Assembly (NCBI GenBank): GCA_034521815.1
Contig: JAXHLW010000011.1
Span: 32,001-96,000 of the forward strand
Length of the DNA: 64,000 nt
DNA from: Trueperaceae bacterium
GTDB lineage: Bacteria; Deinococcota; Deinococci; Deinococcales; Trueperaceae
Reading direction: 5' to 3'
Shown here piece by piece: positions 63,500-64,000 of the stretch. Made by a program: the position numbers and the translations under genes. The notes beneath the pieces are model-generated. The model had not been told where the DNA came from. It saw only the letters and a list, made by a program, of their open reading frames with translations, and made no database searches. Position 1 is the stretch's first letter. Every line of letters begins with the position of its first letter.

Positions 63500-64000
63500 C
63501 GCTCCCGCCGGTCAGTCTCGATCCGGAAGCGACAGCGGTCCGCCCGGGCGTAGCGACGCGTGAATTCGATGCCCGTCCCGCTCTCGCCCCGGGCGAGCCG
63601 CTCGGTGAAGAGGACGTCGGACCTCTCCGGCAGGCCCAGCGCGCGCGTGATTCCCGCATCGGCACGCCGTACCTCGAGCGTCTCCCAGCCCAGGACCAGG
63701 CGGACGCCGTACTCCCGCTCGAGCACGTCGTACAGCGATCCGGAGAGGTCGTGACCGAGAACGTTCGGTGTGTGCAGGTGGGCGAGGTGGCACACCTCCA
63801 CCATGAGCGGCAGGCCGTCGGCCATCCGCAGCCGCCGAATCATCGCGACCGCCCCGCCCGGGGGCAGGTCCAGGGCGCGTGCGACGTCCGGATCGGCCGT
63901 CTGCAGCGCCGTGTCGAGCACGCGCGACGAAGCGCGCACGCCGAGGGCTCGCATGTTCTCGGTGAAGCCGCGGAGCTGGTCGAGCCGCTGCTCGACCTTC
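63500..64000 (-). CDS. GntR/HutC-family regulator, UTRA domain (partial, starts beyond the window; 3' end approximate)
   Basis: GFTENMR, IRRLRMADGLP, GSLYDVLEREYG, IEFTRRYARADR. Confidence 0.8.

Noticed and set aside
1-64000. Transposases, integrases, tRNA/rRNA, CRISPR arrays, reverse transcriptases, phage or defence genes
   Set aside because: No corresponding motifs or repeat arrays found by inspection.

Overview
Very GC-rich bacterial DNA (visibly above 70% GC) with no rRNA, tRNA, CRISPR array or intact IS detected. Tandem TolC-like genes, a DUF11/Ig-like surface lipoprotein and many TANNNT -10 boxes lying 6-9 nt before start codons suggest Deinococcota, possibly Trueperaceae (inference only). 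Many genes carry 1-nt indels in patches, which points to an error-prone long-read assembly rather than mass pseudogenisation. Contents in order: a large acidic surface lipoprotein downstream of a MacAB-type/2x TolC export operon; MFS, VOC, fhs, DUF4342, YeeE/YedE and HAD genes; eight c-di-GMP enzymes (5 GGDEF, 1 GGDEF*-EAL, 2 HD-GYP) plus an atypical LuxR regulator; a cyanophycin operon extended by an uncharacterised ATP-grasp ligase and a Gdx-type guanidinium exporter (cphB-cphA-ATP-grasp-gdx), the best candidate for an undescribed system; a ribose operon with its LacI operator; pflBA plus an OFA-family formate exporter behind a Rex-like box; a decayed RHH/PIN toxin-antitoxin pair; an inverted-topology photolyase-like gene with DUF2256; and an orphan catabolic cluster (SIS-SDR-FAD oxidoreductase-phosphotriesterase / Gfo-Idh-MocA / GntR). 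All family calls come from motif recognition by eye, not database searches.
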